Below, one piece after another: positions 1-14,164 of a stretch of 64,000 bases of DNA. A model generated the notes under the pieces. It had not been told where the DNA came from, made no database searches, and worked only from the letters and a program-made list of their open reading frames with translations. The position numbers and the translations under genes were made by a program. Source of the DNA: Mobula hypostoma (taxonomy: Eukaryota); assembly GCF_963921235.1 (NCBI RefSeq), contig NC_086108.1, forward strand, positions 61,754,001-61,818,000, read 5' to 3'. Each line of letters begins with the position of its first letter. Within the stretch, counting starts at the first letter, position 1.

Positions 1-558
1 TGCCGTGCACAATTCTGATTTGATGGAGACAGACGTGAGAAGGCACAGAGGAACATCTGGAGAAATTTCTGAAATGCCCGGTTCGCTGCTACTGTTACTG
101 TGCGATTGAGAATCTCTGGAGGGAAGGCCCCAAAATCCCCAGCTTTGCCTGCTGCTGGCGAGCGAGGCTGGGGTCGAAGCGTTCAGCAGAGATGGTGCTC
201 GGTACTTGGTGTCGGAGGGCTGATCGGAGCTCAAAGTTTTCGGACGACTCAGAGTTGGACTGTGGTCGGGCATGGCAAGGAGAGTTTTCTTCCTTCTCTG
301 GTCTGTGTGAGATGTGGGACTTTCGAGAGACTTTTACTCTTTTACTGTGCCCATGGCCTGTTCTTCATCAAGTTATGGTATTGTTGCACTGTTGTAACTA
401 TATGTTATAATTATGTGGTTTTTGTTGGTTTTTCAGTCTTGGTCTGTCCTGTGTTTCTGTGATATCACACCGGAGAAATATTGTATCATTTCTTAATGCA
501 TGCATTACTAAATGACAATAAAAGAGGACTGCATGTCCTCATAATCTAATCTAATCTA
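1..558 (+). mobile_element. Non-autonomous retroelement (SINE-like), 3' part, with AATAAA and (AATCT)n tail
   Basis: Ends in AATAAAAGAGGACTG...CTCATAATCTAATCTAATCTAA. A related inverted copy lies at 41489-42160 (shared GTGCACAATTCTGATTTGATGGAGACAGA and TTCTTCATCAAxTTATGGTATTG). Confidence 0.75.
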
Positions 559-1670
559 AATTACCTAGCTCTCTGAACCTTTTGTAAGCTTTTCTTTTCT
601 TCTTGACTAGATTTATTACAGCCTTTGTACACCACGGTTCCTGTACCCTACCATAACTTCCCTGTCTCATTGGAACGTAACTATGTAAAACTCCACACAA
701 ATATCTCCTGAATATTTGCAACATTTCTTCTGTACTTTTCCCTGAGAACATCTGTTACCAATTTAAGCTTCCAATTTCCTGCCTCATAGCCTCATAATTC
801 CCCTTACTCCAATTAAACACTTTTCTAACTTGTCAGTTCCTATCTCTCTCCAATGCTATTGTAAAGGAGATAGAATTATGATCATTATCTCCAAAACGCT
901 CTCCCACTGTGAGATCTGACACCTGACCAGGTTCATTTCACAATACCAAATCAAGTACAGTCTCTCCTCTTGTAGGCTTATCTGTATATTGTGTCAAGAA
1001 ACCTTCCTCTACACACCTAACAAATTCCACCCCATCTAAACCTTGCTCTAGGGAGATGCCAATCGATATTTGCGAAATTAAAATCTCCGATCACGACAAC
1101 TCTGTTATTATTACACCTTCCCAGTATCTGTTTCCCTATCTGCTCCTCGATATCCCTGTTGCTATTGGGCAGCCTATAAAAAGCACCCAGTAAAGTTATT
1201 GACCCCTTCCTGTTCCTAACCTCCACCCACAGAGACTCCGTAGACAATCCCTCCATGGCATCCACCTTTTTTGCAGCTGTGACACTATCTCCGATCAACA
1301 GTGCCTTGCCCCCACCTCTTTCGCCTCCCTCCCTGTCCTTTCTGAAACATCTAAAACCCGGCACTTGAAGTAACCATTCCTGTCCCTGAGCCATCCAAGC
1401 CTCCGTAATGGCCACCACATCATGGCTCAAGAACTGATCCATGCTCTAAGCTCATCCACTTTGTTCACAACACTCCCTGCATTAAAATAAGCACATCTCA
1501 AACCATCGGTCTGAGCGCATCCCTTCTCTTTCACCTGCCTATCCTCCCTCTCACACTGTCTACAAGCTTTCTCTATTTGTGAGCCAACCACCTCTTCCCC
1601 AGTCTCTTCAGTTCAGTTCCCACCCCCAACAATTCTAGTTTAAACTCTCCCTGGTAACCTTAGCAAACCT
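559..1670 (-). mobile_element. CR1 LINE fragment, ORF2 APE-endonuclease region (degenerate)
   Basis: ORF 1017-1442 has VVAITEAW..., GFRCFR, FYRLPNS and VVVIGDFN motifs. ORF 551-751 (EPWCTKAVINLVKKKRKAY) is homologous to the CR1 at 43203-44366. Confidence 0.9.
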
Positions 1671-2472
1671 ACACCTCTGCTCTTTTTTCCATAAAAGGTT
1701 ATTCATCAGTGTTCTTCTCAATCCTGCTGTTCTTCCCAGTACAGCTGGAAACCTGGGATTCACTGATTCTGGCCTGCAAATATGCAGAGGATCATGTAGG
1801 TAGATATGGCAAGATTAACAGATCAACAGGGAGGTGGAGAGCCAAGCAACAAGGAGGCAGCAGAGCATACCAAAGGGACAGTGAGGAGGTGATGTCTGAA
1901 TGGCTGGAGTCATGGCATTTGTAATTTTTAAACCTATCAAAACCTGGCTATATATGATTAAAATAAAACGTTCACTCATGGGTGGCTCTTGGAAGTGGTT
2001 TAGATTGACTTAGCCAATGTGCACCTCTACTTCCCAAAGAAAAGTTTACCTGACACTAAGTGCAGAAACAAAATCAAATTGTAGAAAGTCTACTGACTTG
2101 AACATCTTGAGGGAGTAAAAAAAACAAGACCAAGAAAGACAAGACTTCATTCATTAATATTTCATGTAAAATCATAGGGAGAAAATGTTCATTGGAAAGG
2201 TCTTAATCACAATTTTTCAGTTACTTTCATTCAGTGTACACGTTCTGCAGCTTCTCCCATTACAACTGGAGGGTTTGAACTGTGGTTTTAGTGAAGTTAG
2301 TCTGCTTTGGAGTGTTCTGGAGAAAAATAATCCACAGAACTAAATCATTTTCTGAAAGATTTTATAGAATTGCAGTAACTTCCTGCCAAATGCAGTACTA
2401 TTCATGAAACCATGAAACAGTTATTTTAAATATTTCTCCACAATATAGGCTAGCATGCCCTACTGATAATGA

Positions 2473-2912
2473 CTGACTGACTGAGGCCTCTGTCAGTCAG
2501 AGCTGACTATGGCTATGGAGTCCTAACTGTATAGATACGCAAACCGAGGCAGTACAATATGGAGAGTAAGCTTTTGTCTAACAAGCTCCCCCCACCACAC
2601 AACTGATAAACCAAAGAAACAGCAGAGACCAATACAGTCTGGTACCAGCAGCATAGCAGGAGTTGTCAGTCAACATTGAACTCAATATAGGACTGCATTA
2701 GGGACTCCAGCTCTGGATTTTTCCCTCAGAGTTCACTCCCGAAGCCTTCCCCATGAGTGGGTATAGCCGCAAGGCAGCGGAGGTTTGAGATCAGAGTTTT
2801 CCTTCTCCGAGATGAGCTGCCAACCACAGTTGACGAGCCCCGTCTGCCTGAAGCGACTGGCATTAAGGCGCCAGTAGCCAGCCTTTGCCTCTTCTCCTGT
2901 CAGTAGAAACTG
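2473..2912 (-). mobile_element. RTE-clade-derived non-autonomous element (5'UTR-like sequence plus short tandem tail)
   Basis: Minus strand reads ...GGTTGGCAGCTCATCTCGGAGAAGGAAAACTCTGATCTCAAACCTCCGCTGCCTTGCGGCTATACCC..., resembling RTE 5' UTRs from recall. It terminates in (TCAG)n at 2473-2485 and has no ORF. Confidence 0.55.
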
Positions 2913-5454
2913 ATAATATTTTTACCTAATCTACTTTAGCACATAATCTTTTGTTCAGAAAAAGGTATGTTAAATGCAGCCAAATATATATATATATCTA
3001 TAATAAGTAATTAACTTTGGCTTCTGGCATGTTGTCTGGAAATTTGACATAGATATATTAAAAAAAACAAGTAAATAGCACTTATAAAGTAATGCACCAG
3101 ATTAATCTGCATGGTTATAATAGAACAAACCATGCCACAGCTCATGCCCAGAATTCCTCACTGTTTCACTGCAAGAAATTGTCGAATTAGTAATAACATT
3201 GAATACCTTGTATATGTAAAGTGTGGTCACAACAAACACAGTAATTTTGCCAACATTGATCAATAAAGATATCGATTCAAATTTCTATAATGGTCATATA
3301 GTTCATCTGAAAATATACATGCTATTGCTGAAGATGATCATTTTCCAAAAGTCTGGTCATTATTTCCTTGAGACCACAAAACATGTTTTTCTTCTTAATG
3401 TGGTCTTCAATGTTAATGGGGTCTTCAAGTTCTGAAGTGAGCAAAATTGTACTTCCTCAAACATTTTCCATTATTACCTTTCCTCCAGAAGAAACAGCAA
3501 TCCCCAAAGGAACATGGATATTTTTCTCATCAATATTTAAAAAGTCCACATAACATAGAGCAGCATAAGAACAACGTAGAGTTCCCTCTATTCTGCACTA
3601 GTAAGTTGCTGTGGACAAAACATAACATAATAGCACAAAAGAAAAAAAAACACCTAATATTTTCGAAGTAGGTTATTTTGTAATATTTTAAACCCTCCTC
3701 CCCGCTCCCAACGTCTTGCACATAATTACACTTTGGCAACAGTATCATTTATCAGACTCTGGCTCTTATGAACCCTTTATTCTGTTTACATTCACACAGC
3801 AAAGGTTAAATAATTAACACCAAACTATGGCAAATTGCTCAGCAGAAAATGTGAAATTATCATCACCTTCTGCCATCACCTCAGAAGGCAGAGAAAAAAT
3901 ACGTTAAGCTTCTTACTTTCTGTACAGAAATTTATAGATATGATAATATACAAATTAACATGATGATAATTAGATTATAACACTGGATGTGATAAATTTA
4001 ACATATGTGCACTGGTAGAAATTGAGGGAAAGTCCTTGGGATAGGAACTGTTCAACTTTCAGTTCTATAATGGAAGGACAATCTGGAATATCAATATGAA
4101 CAAGTTCAACAAGTTAAAAATCAAATCTAGGTGGAGAATACTGATCAGTCAATAAAAGGTCATTAAATTCTTCTTTAACAAGAAAGCATTTGTGAGACCA
4201 TCAATAAGTACTTCATCTATAAACATACTAAATATGATGACTGGTTTAATGGATATTCAGTTTAGGTAGGTTCCCTGCTGTCCTAGTTGGCATCGATACT
4301 GAAAGCAGTTTCATTCAACTGCCTATGGTTTTTAGTTCCTACATTCAAATCCACATCAAGGTTCAAACAAGTTCAGGAACTGTTGTCTTAGGTGAATGTA
4401 CATCATTTGGTGGCATTTCAAACAATTTTACAAACATGGGTCACTAGTTGTTAGAGTCACACAGTCATACATCATGGAAACAGCACCTTTAGCTCAACTG
4501 GTCCCAGCTGTCCAACGTCCATTTGCCTGCATTTAGCCCATATCCTTTGTGGCCCTTCTGACCCATATACCTGTCAATCTGTCTCTTAAATGTTGTTAAT
4601 CATTCTAATTTAAGCTCAGTGTTCTTTGTACTATACTTAACATTGATAATATGAACATACAAAAGATAGGACTTTAACATAATTAGAAGAAAGCTCCAGT
4701 TTATGGGGATCTGACATAAGAATATAAGAAAAATGAAACAGAACAAGACTAACAGATGCTTTGACTCTGCTCCATCTTCCTGTAGCTCCCCACCTGCATG
4801 CAGCTCAGGTCACTAACGTTGTATGATGGTCCTGCTGCTCCCCCAACACCCTCACTATTAATCGCGCCACACCTCTCCACCCACCTTTCATCTACCATAT
4901 CCCAACTAAAACACCACCATCAATCCCTCTTCTGTCTCTGCCTCCTCCAAGCCCCTTCCTCCCACCACATCATATCCTCAATCCTCCCCTCCACAACCTT
5001 CTTTGTGCAGGGGTACAAGGGCTTCACCTCTGTACCCCTGCACCCGCAGTTCAAAGTTCTAGTTCCAGTATAATGTTCAGCTCTTCTTCCATCCCCTTCA
5101 CATTTCTACAAGTCCTCCCATCCTTTCTCTTGTCACCAACACTCCTCTCCTTCTTGGACACCCCCTTCTGGCCTTTTACTCTCTCTCACCATTTTTATTT
5201 CCAATTACCGATGCAACATTAACCAACTTAACTTCTCCACTCTCCTCACCCACTCCAAACATGAAACTCTCCACTCGCTTGACCAATTGCAACCTTGACA
5301 TCAAAGCCGCAGATAAAGACTGTTCCATTAAGGTCTGGCAGACTGGCCGATACTGTGTAAATGCTGGAAGGTAGCTCTTGGGCATACCTACCCATCAACC
5401 CTTTAATCATGACCACACCAGTAATCATCAATTCACCATTTGTAGTACCTACAG

Positions 5455-5730
5455 CAGCCACTGCATCAAGAAAGCGACATCCATCATCAAAGATCTCCAC
5501 CATCTTATCACAGCTACCATCAGGGCATGAGGTACACAAGCCTAAAGACCCACACTACTAGGTTCAAGACCAACCTTGTCCTTTTAAACATTTTATTCTT
5601 GAACCATCCAGTAAAACCTTAATCAGCAGCACAGTTGGACAGAACCATGACTATTCTGATCACTATGCACTAAAATGAACTTTGTTTTGTTCTAAATGTG
5701 CCCCTTTTCTTGCTAGAACTGTGCATAATT
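5455..5730 (+). mobile_element. Rex1/Babar-type LINE 3' fragment nested in the PLE
   Basis: GAAAGCGACATCCATCATCAAAGA...CTACCATCAGGG...AGGTACACAAGCCTAAAGACCCACACTACTAGGTTCAAG matches the Rex1 3' ends at ~8060-8170 and ~63405-63520. Confidence 0.65.
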
Positions 5731-5873
5731 TAACAAGATTACTGTCCCTTCTCACCAACATCTAGGACACCGTGCATACTCTACACAATTTTAGTAATAT
5801 CCAATGCACTGCCTCATCTTCACTGTGGATGTTCAGTCCCTATATATTTCCATATCCCTCAGCAAGCCTAAGG

Positions 5874-5953
5874 TAGGGGTCGTCAAAGTGGGGTCTATCG
5901 ATCACTAGGCTAGTGGTAGGGGTGCATGGCATAAAAAAGGTTGGGAACCCATG
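5874..5953. mobile_element. Tiny hAT-like MITE remnant
   Basis: Termini TAGGGGTCGTCAAA ... AAAAAAGGTTGGGAACCCATG resemble hAT/Charlie-type TIRs and interrupt the PLE RT region. No clean TSD is visible. Confidence 0.45.
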
Positions 5954-7486
5954 CTCTGTTCCTTTCTAGAACATAAACAGTTTCCTTGCACTAACACTCT
6001 CCTCCATCTGTTGGAACTTGTTCTTTTTCGATTCTTCTCACTTCCTGCAAATCAAAGATGTAGCTGTGGACATTAGCCTGGGCCCTAGCTCTGCCTGCCT
6101 TTTCATTGGCTATGCGGGGCGGTCTTTGTTCCATTCTTACCCTGGCACCACTTCCTAACTCTTTTTCGACTACATCAACAACTGCATTGGTGCTGCCACC
6201 TGCAGCCATGCAGAACATCAATGTCATCAACTTTGCTATTGCCTTCTACCCTTCTGACACCACTCTCCCCTTTTCTTTATCTCTCTGTCTCCATCTCAAG
6301 AGACAAACTAAGCAGTGATGTTTACTTGAAATCCACCAACGCCCACAACTACCGAGACTATACCTCTTCCCACTCAGTCTCTTGAAAGGATGTTATCCCT
6401 TTCTCTCAGAATGTGCATCATATGTTCTTGAGATGAGACCTTCCACTTCAGGCCATCAGAGATCTTTCTCTTCTAGGGACCTGGTGACACCTCATTCACA
6501 CCCCCACCCTCCAATGTGGTCAATAGAGCCCTCACTCACAGCTCCTCAATCTCCCACATCTCTGCTCTCACTCACCTCCCCAGAGAGAACAGAGATAGAG
6601 TTTCCTTGGTCCCAGACCAACATCTGCATTCAGCCCATCATTCTTCAATCTTTCCACCAGCTACAATGTGTTCCCACCACCAGCCACATCTTCCCCTCCC
6701 CACCCCTTTCTGCTTTAACTAAGGATCTCTCTCTACGCAGCTCACTCATTCCTTCTATTCCCTAGGCATTTTCCCCTGCAACTCAACAAAGTGCAACACC
6801 TGCCCCTATGCCTCCTCCCTCACCACCATCCAAGGACCTAAACTGATCTACCAAGTGAGGTAGAGATTCACATGCATCTCCTCCAACTTTGTGTGATCCA
6901 TTCGGTGCTCTCAATGTGGCCTCCTTTACATTAGTGAGACCTGCTTTGTTGACTACCGGTACTCTGTCAATGGTGGCCATTTGAAGCTCATAAGCTATTT
7001 TAATTCCCCTTTCCTTTCCCACATTGACCTGCTTGCTCTTGGCCTCTGTTACTGACAGGGTGAGGCCAAACACAAAGCTAAAGAATAGTACCTCGTACCC
7101 CACTTGGGTACAGTATAACCTAATGGTATGTTTATTGAGTCCTCAAATGACAGGTAACCTACTCCCACTCTATATGTTTCTTTCCCTTTCTGATCTGCTC
7201 AGCCCTCTCATATACACCCTTCATTCCAAATATCAGCCCCCACATCACCCAGTTTCTTTCCACTCTTTCATTTATTCTATCTGCCAATCACTCACCATTC
7301 CTCCCGCTGGGCACTCCCCCATTGTTCTAATCTGCCCACCATACCTCCCAGTCATGGTTCCACTTCTTAACTTCTTTTCCTATCAAATTCCACCTTATGC
7401 AACGTCCATGTCTAACTCCCTGCTTCTGTTACAGACTTCACCCTTCCTTCCCCCACCTCATTTCACCTGCCAATTGTCTCTCTTAC

Positions 7487-8365
7487 AGCTCAAAAGTCAT
7501 CTATATATTCACCGATATACAAGTTAACAACTGGTGTGAAAATTTCAGATGGTGATAAGGAGGTGTACAAGGGTGAGATAGACTGGCTGGTTGAGTAGCG
7601 TTGCAGTAACAACCTTGCATTCAACATCAGTAAGGTCAGGGAACTGGGTATGGTCTTCAGGAAGGGGAAACTGGGAAAACGCACACTAGTCCTCATTGAG
7701 TTGTCAGTGGTGGAGAGGGTGAGCAGCTTCAAGTTCCATGGTGTCAGCATCTGAGAGTATCTACCCTGGGCCCAACATACTGATGCAATCATGAAAAAAG
7801 GCACATGAGTGGCTACTCTTCATTAACAGTTTGATCAGATTTAGTATGTCACCAAATATTCTAGCAAATTTCTACAGATTTACTGTGGAGAGCATTCTGA
7901 CTGGTTGCATTATCAGCTGGTATGGAGGGTCCACTGCAGAGGATCGGAAAGAGCTGCAGAGGATCGGAAAGAGCTGCAGAGGGCTTTAAACTCTGCCGGC
8001 TCCATCATGGGCATTAGCCTGTCCAGCATCAAGGACACCTTCAAAAGGCAATCCCTCAAGAAAGCAGCATCCATCATTCAGAATACTCCTCACCCAGGAT
8101 ATGCCCTCTTCTCATTACTCTATCACGGAGGAGGTACAAGACCCTGAAGACACACAATCAGTGTTTTAGGAACAGCTTCTGACCCTCTGCCATCAGATAT
8201 CTGAACGGTTCAGGAACCCATGAACAGTACTTCATCATTTTACTTGTTTTTGCAATTTTTGAAATGTTATTGTAACTTATTGTACATATGTATTGCAGTG
8301 TCCTGCTGCTGCAAAACAACAAAATTCATGACATAGGTCAGTGATAATAAACCGGATTCTGATTC
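7487..8365 (+). mobile_element. Rex1/Babar-type LINE, 3' part of RT and 3'UTR
   Basis: Decayed NNLAFNISK, FKFHGVSI and KKAASII...HPGYALFSLL. Tail GATAATAAACCGGATTCTGATTC. Confidence 0.8.
7934..7982 (+). repeat. 20-bp tandem duplication (CTGCAGAGGATCGGAAAGAG x ~2.4)
   Basis: Read directly from the sequence, inside the Rex1 copy. Confidence 0.9.
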
Positions 8366-11300
8366 ACCTGGATCCATCTATCACTTCCCGGCTCTTACCT
8401 CCCCCTCTCCGTCAGCTCTTTACACTGACCAAATCCCCTCTACTATTTCTGTCTGGAGGAAAGGTCTCAATTTGAAACATGGACTCTCCATTTCCTCCCA
8501 CAGATGCTGCCTGGCCCACTGTATCCATCTAGAAGCTTGTTTCCTGCTCCAGATTCCAGTATCTTCAGTCTCTAGTGTCTCCACTTCCCTGTGCAATTTG
8601 CATATGCCTGATTCCCTTAATGCATAAAAGTCCAAAACGCAACAACTTTGTACTGGTGGTACCTCATTACTAATTAAATACAAGAAATGATTGGGCCAGT
8701 AACCATCAGTGAAGAGGGAAATATAGAAATAGAAAAAATTGTTATTAGGTATATTAAGGAACAAGAAAAAACGTCAAAGGATGGAAGGAACAGAGCAATT
8801 GTGAAGAGAGGAAAAGAACAAAATAAATAGTCTGCAGTCTGCAATAGGCGGTGAAGAGACAATGGCGCAAGGCATAAATGGTTGATAATAAAAGAGTAAA
8901 CAAAGGTTTGGTATTGATGAGGTTGAATTACCGCAATGTCAAATTAAAGGCAGTGTTGAGTCTGAATGACTACAAAGTGTCTAAATGGCAGATGAGGTTC
9001 AGTTCGTTAAACTTCCACTGGTAAAGAGCCAAATTAGAGATTTACATTGTTCCAATATGCCAGAGTGGTCAAGTAAATGTGGGACAAAGAATGAAAAAAG
9101 ATAAGCTATTGAAAGTTTGAGATTATATCTGCAGAATGAGCAATGTATTCTGCAAATATTACTAAACTGTTGCTTCATCTATAAAGTACCTAGATCCCTG
9201 AACAGTGATTAAAAAGGCAGGCACTTCGACAGCTGTGCCAGAGGAAAATGGCTGCAAAACAGAAGGAGCCATTGTTGGGGACACCTGTCACAAAGGAATG
9301 GTGCTGTTCCGCCTTGAGCTCTCCTACTTGTGCTTCGCACTTTCCAATAACTTTGTGGCTCAATATTAATTACCTCAGTTTTCCTACTCTGCTGAAATCA
9401 GCCTGATCTGACAAAAATTTCCCACATTGATGTTTACTAAATTCACTTTAGATTGAAAAAAATAGATACTTTCAATGTCAAAACAAGCAAGAATGTTGCC
9501 ATTGGCTATATTTGGGATCATAAATATGAAAAGAGAATACAAATCTTATCCAATAAAGAAATGCATAAACTTGCCACAATCTGCAAGAAATGGCTCTTCT
9601 GAATATGTTGAACACTACTTTTATCAAAATTCTGTTTCCTTAGTTGCTTTTCTATTATTTGAAGCAGTTTCTTTCTGTCACTTTTCAAATATTTTGCTTG
9701 AAAAGATGAAATAAAATTTGCAGTCTTACAGCATGGAAGCATCCCAACTGATCCACTTGCAATACATCATTTGCATTGCTAGTCTTGGAACCTCTGCACA
9801 AAAGAAACATGAAAAGTGAGCAGCACAATTTCTTTGCAATGGTGGAAGCTCTTAAAATGGCAATTCTCATGCAAACCATCACCTTAATTTGGGTTTGAGT
9901 GCCAGGCTAGAGAGGGACAGGATGCCACTTTCTCTAATGGATAATAGTGTGTTGATCACTGGAGCTAAGCATCTGGAGTGAGGGTTTGAGTGACCTTGTA
10001 CACCCTAATCTCCAAAGAAATAAGAAGATATTTCATGAAACATCAGAGACAGGAAGACCAACAGCATTCATTGACTATTTTTAATTAAAAATATTTAAAT
10101 AATTGTTGTTTCTCTCATTAAGGTGTGAACACCGTTTCTTCACTTTGTGCAGATACTTAATTTGTATAGTGCCAATGTTGAACATGCTTCCCTTCCAGAA
10201 GCCTCCAACATGGCAGGTTATTGCAAGGGTTCCTGTTAACAATATTACACACAGAGAGGTGGTCACTTTTGGTGGTAACCTTCCATTTCAAAGCTATTAT
10301 GAAATACCAAAAATATTGTTGAACACAATAGAGCTTCTAGCTTTGTGTTTCATCTGCACAAGAGTATTATGGAAAAATGCACTGATTAATGGATAGTTTC
10401 AACAATCAAAATCCCATGAATAAGTATCAACCTCTTCCAAAGAACCACGATTAACATTAAATTGTTTTGTTTTGTCCTTTATCAAACACATTTTCCTGCA
10501 AATATTGAGGGATAAGTACAACATTAATAGCACTAACTTTAAGGATTACTGAATACAATTATAGGAAAGCTGGATTAACATTAACAGAGTACAATCATTA
10601 ATTCAGAAATAATGTAGCATCAACTGCACATGTTAATTTAGCTCCTTAACACTGTCGAGCTTAACAGTCTTCCAAGCTGCTTCTCCTAATGATAATTGGC
10701 ACACACTGTTCAGATATTTTCAGAAATAAACAGAATAAGAAGATTAACAACAGTAAAGAGGCTGGGTTTTTGAAAAAAGTCTCTTTGGTGAGCTTAGCCT
10801 TTTAAGGAAGGAATACAACAGACTTATTATTTTATTGTGTATCAGTCAGAGTTTTCATTTCAAATGCCAGGACTATTGCTTCTTGCAAAACAACATTAAC
10901 AGCTAAGATAATTCATGTTAACAGAATGATATTTCCTTCACCGTTCAATAATCTGACTAAAATTGTGAGAAAGAGCTCCCTTTGGGATTTTAGACCATTG
11001 GAGGATTCAAGCCTACATGCATTTTGACCTTTACTACAAATAATCTAATTCACTCCTACCAAATAAATGTAATGCACACAAATGCTATAATTGTTGAGAC
11101 AGACATCAAAGTGCTTTTTTCTCCCAGATGAGCATGTCCCATACAGCATTGCTGATATTTCATTAAATGTGTAATTTTCTACTTTTGGCTCTTTCCAGTT
11201 ATAACACTGCAGCATTTCTATAATTCCCTGCCTTTGATATTCTATAGAAACCTTTGAAAGAAAATCAGATTTTAATGTTTTAGGCTTCTGGTATTATGAA

Positions 11301-12699
11301 ATCCATCAACTCAATTACAGCTGTGGAGAAATTATGTAATTCGTGACTGATCTAAGCCCTACTGTCGAAAACCAGCCCGTAGTCTGGATGAGAAACCACC
11401 ATCACTGATCTGGATAGATGAATTAAGTGCCCATGCCAATGCAAACAGAAAGAATTGCTGGCATCCCCTTCTAGAGATGACATTTGTTCCTTTCTTCAAG
11501 GAAGCTGCTTCCTCCACAAGTACACATAAAAATGACCTCATTATGCTGCCTTCTGGAATGGTGATCATTCTAATGCCAGGACTATTGGAGACATTGCTGC
11601 TTATAGAACTTGACACATTTTCATCCAGTTACAATAACAAAACTTCAGGTTCTACTATAATTAGTTTGCTTTGCATTTTAATAAGGGAATGCATGAATTG
11701 CACTTTTAAAATTTTCTTTTCTGGTACTTTTACCGTAACCTCCAAAAAGTTTGCATTTTCTTTTTCAAGGTGACCATTTTTTCCCTGAATTAAGTCCATC
11801 AAATACAGACAAACTTGTTTCTGTTTATTCTGTAGCACCACAGAAGCTCTCTATCTAACTAGAGTGGGTGCAGACTTTGGCTCCTGCAATAAATTTATCC
11901 CAATTCATTAGCTAATCCCCCTCACACTATACAAAATGAAAATTACATTCAAGTAGATAATGGCAATATGCATATTTCTTTTCAGAGTTAATTCTCACCC
12001 TTCGTGTGGATGCACTTTCCTTTAACTGGCAAGCCAAAAGCTTATAACAACTCATAATTTCACTTTGAATCTGTTGACATGCAATTTCAAGGACTTGTTT
12101 TGAAGTTAAAATGAGTTGATTACCAATATTGAAATGTCACACAATTGCCAAGATCACCATAGAAACTGTGTAATGAGCTTCTGTGGAGGTTACCTTAGGG
12201 GTCATAGTACCTCTGTGGCAATTCTATTCTGTATGTTCTCGAGATACTTATTTGGCATTAAGGCATGTTGTCTTTTCTTAAATTGGAAGTGTTAGATCCT
12301 GAAACCAATTTGTCTGGGTATCCTTTAGAAAAGCGCCTACTCAGTACTTTCATCGAGAATTCGGCAATCCCCAGTGATTTTCTAAGAGCAGGTCAATGTT
12401 AACCTTTGACTGAAGTATAGTGTTGAGCATAAGAGTTATCTAAGACTATGTAGCATAATCAAAGGATTATCCTACACAGTTCAGTGTAACTTTGCTGATG
12501 AGTAGCAAAGTGGTATTCATAAATGTTGCACATTATGGATTTTGGAGCGAGTTGAGCACATCTATATGAAACACTGTCACTGGAAAGCAGGAAAGCAGCA
12601 TCCATCATCAAGGATGCCCACCACCCAGCACATGCTCTCTTTTTGCTGCTGACATCAAGAAGGTGGTACAGGAGCTTCAGGACTTATACCACCAGGTTA

Positions 12700-13108
12700 T
12701 AGACAACAGAGAATAGACAATAGGTGCACGAGTAGGCCATTCGGCCCTTCGAGCCAGCACCACCATTCATTGTGATCATGGCTGATCATCCACAATCAGT
12801 ATCCAGTTCCTGCCTTATCCCCATAACTTTTGATTCCGCTATCTTTAAGAGCTCTATCCATCTCTTTCTTGAAAGCATCCAGAGACCTGGCCTCCACAGC
12901 CTTCTGGGGCAGAGCATTCCAGAAATCCACCACTCTCAGGGTGAAAAAGTTTTTCCTCAACTCCGTTCTAAATGGCCTACCCCTTATTCTTAAACTGTGG
13001 CCTCTGGTTCTGGACTCACCCATCAGTGGGAACGTACTTCCTGTCCAATCCCTTAATAATCTTATATGTTTCAATAAGATCCCCTCTCAGCCTTCTAATT
13101 TCCAGAAG
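12700..13108 (-). mobile_element. CR1 LINE 3' end, same subfamily as 53437-54680
   Basis: ORF 12796-13074 (RTRGHSLRIRGRPFRTELRKNFFT.RVV..WNALP) is near-identical to the end of the 53.4-54.7 kb copy. It abuts a Rex1 3' fragment at ~12590-12700. Confidence 0.9.
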
Positions 13109-13646
13109 TTCTTGTATTCTTAGATTCAATAATGTCAGATCTGAGAAGTGGAACTATATATTCCTAGTAAAATAGAAGAAATTGAGATTATAAGTGTAGC
13201 TGATAGGAAGAACCCTGTTGCAAACTCTATCAACAGTGAGACAGTGAAAAGATGAAAAAGCGGAATCAGAAACTAAGACAATGCAGGTTGGAATTAAAAA
13301 CTGAAGCTATGGAAAGTTGTATTATTGGACAAGCATCTCTAAGATGGCAAAATTGATGATGATGGACAGTGCAGATTCCATAACTGATGTAATATGACAG
13401 AGATAAAGGTAGTCATCAATAAAGTGGTAGAAAATAAAACTTCCACGATGAAAATGTATGTGGATTTCAAGCTTACTAGAATGCCAGAAGATCAGATAAG
13501 ACACCAAGGTTACTCACCAGCGGATTCAATTTCCAACTAGATAAAACACTTCAGTGTGTGTGGAACAAACTGACTTCAACTATTTTCAAAAGCACTTAAA
13601 AATAATTTTTGGCACATCTAGCTCTTGATTCTGAACTTTCAACATA

Positions 13647-14164
13647 CACTCAATGGACATTTTATTAGGTACAGGAGTAGAACCTGGTGTGATCTTCTGC
13701 TACTGTGACCTATCCACTACAAGCTTCAATGTGTTGTGCCTTCAGAGAAGCTCTTCTGCACACTACTGCTGAAATGTATGGTTATTTGAGTTACTGCCAC
13801 CTTCCTGTCAGCTTGAACCAGTCTGGCCATTCTCCTCTGACTTCTCTCACTAAACAAGGCATTTCTTTTTTATTCTCGCCTCATTCTTGATAAACTGAGA
13901 CTGTTGTGCATCAAGTTTCCAGGAGATCAGTAGTTTCTGAGATACTCATACCACCCCATCTGGCACCAATAATCATTCCACAGTCAAAGTCACTTAGATC
14001 ACATTTCTTTTCCACATCCTGATGTTTGGTCTGAACAACAACTGAATCTCTTGAGTATGTCCTCATGTTTTTATGCATTGAGTTCCTGCACCATGATTGG
14101 CAGATTCGATACTTGCATTAATCAGCAGATCTACAGGTGTACTTAATATAGTGGCCACTGAATG
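13647..14164. mobile_element. Tc1/mariner-type non-autonomous DNA transposon (MITE)
   Basis: Left TIR CACTCAATGGACATTTTATTAGGTACA. Right TIR (reverse complement) CATTCAGTGGCCACTATATTAAGTACA. Flanked by TA at 13645-13646 and 14165-14166. Confidence 0.85.

Larger units (their letters stand above)
4780..8582 (+). mobile_element. Penelope-like element (RT + GIY-YIG), degenerate, interrupted by nested insertions
   Basis: Decayed RT motifs LIFTVDVQSLY (~5815-5845), KDVAVDISLGPSSACLF (~6055-6105) and YINNCIG (~6170-6190). GIY-YIG-like IRCSQCGLLYISET (~6900-6940). The 3' terminal repeat resumes at ~8365-8582 after a Rex1 insertion. Confidence 0.8.

Noticed and set aside
3300..3620. Possible minus-strand exon after TTTTGTCCACAG
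   Set aside because: All three frames hit stops before a plausible donor site.
11359..11890. Run of overlapping ORFs on both strands (11359-11616, 11477-11773, 11629-11841) as an exon or old Tx1/L1 RT
   Set aside because: Stops occur in all frames after the candidate acceptor and I recognise no protein. The resemblance to RT is too faint to support. BLASTX would settle it.
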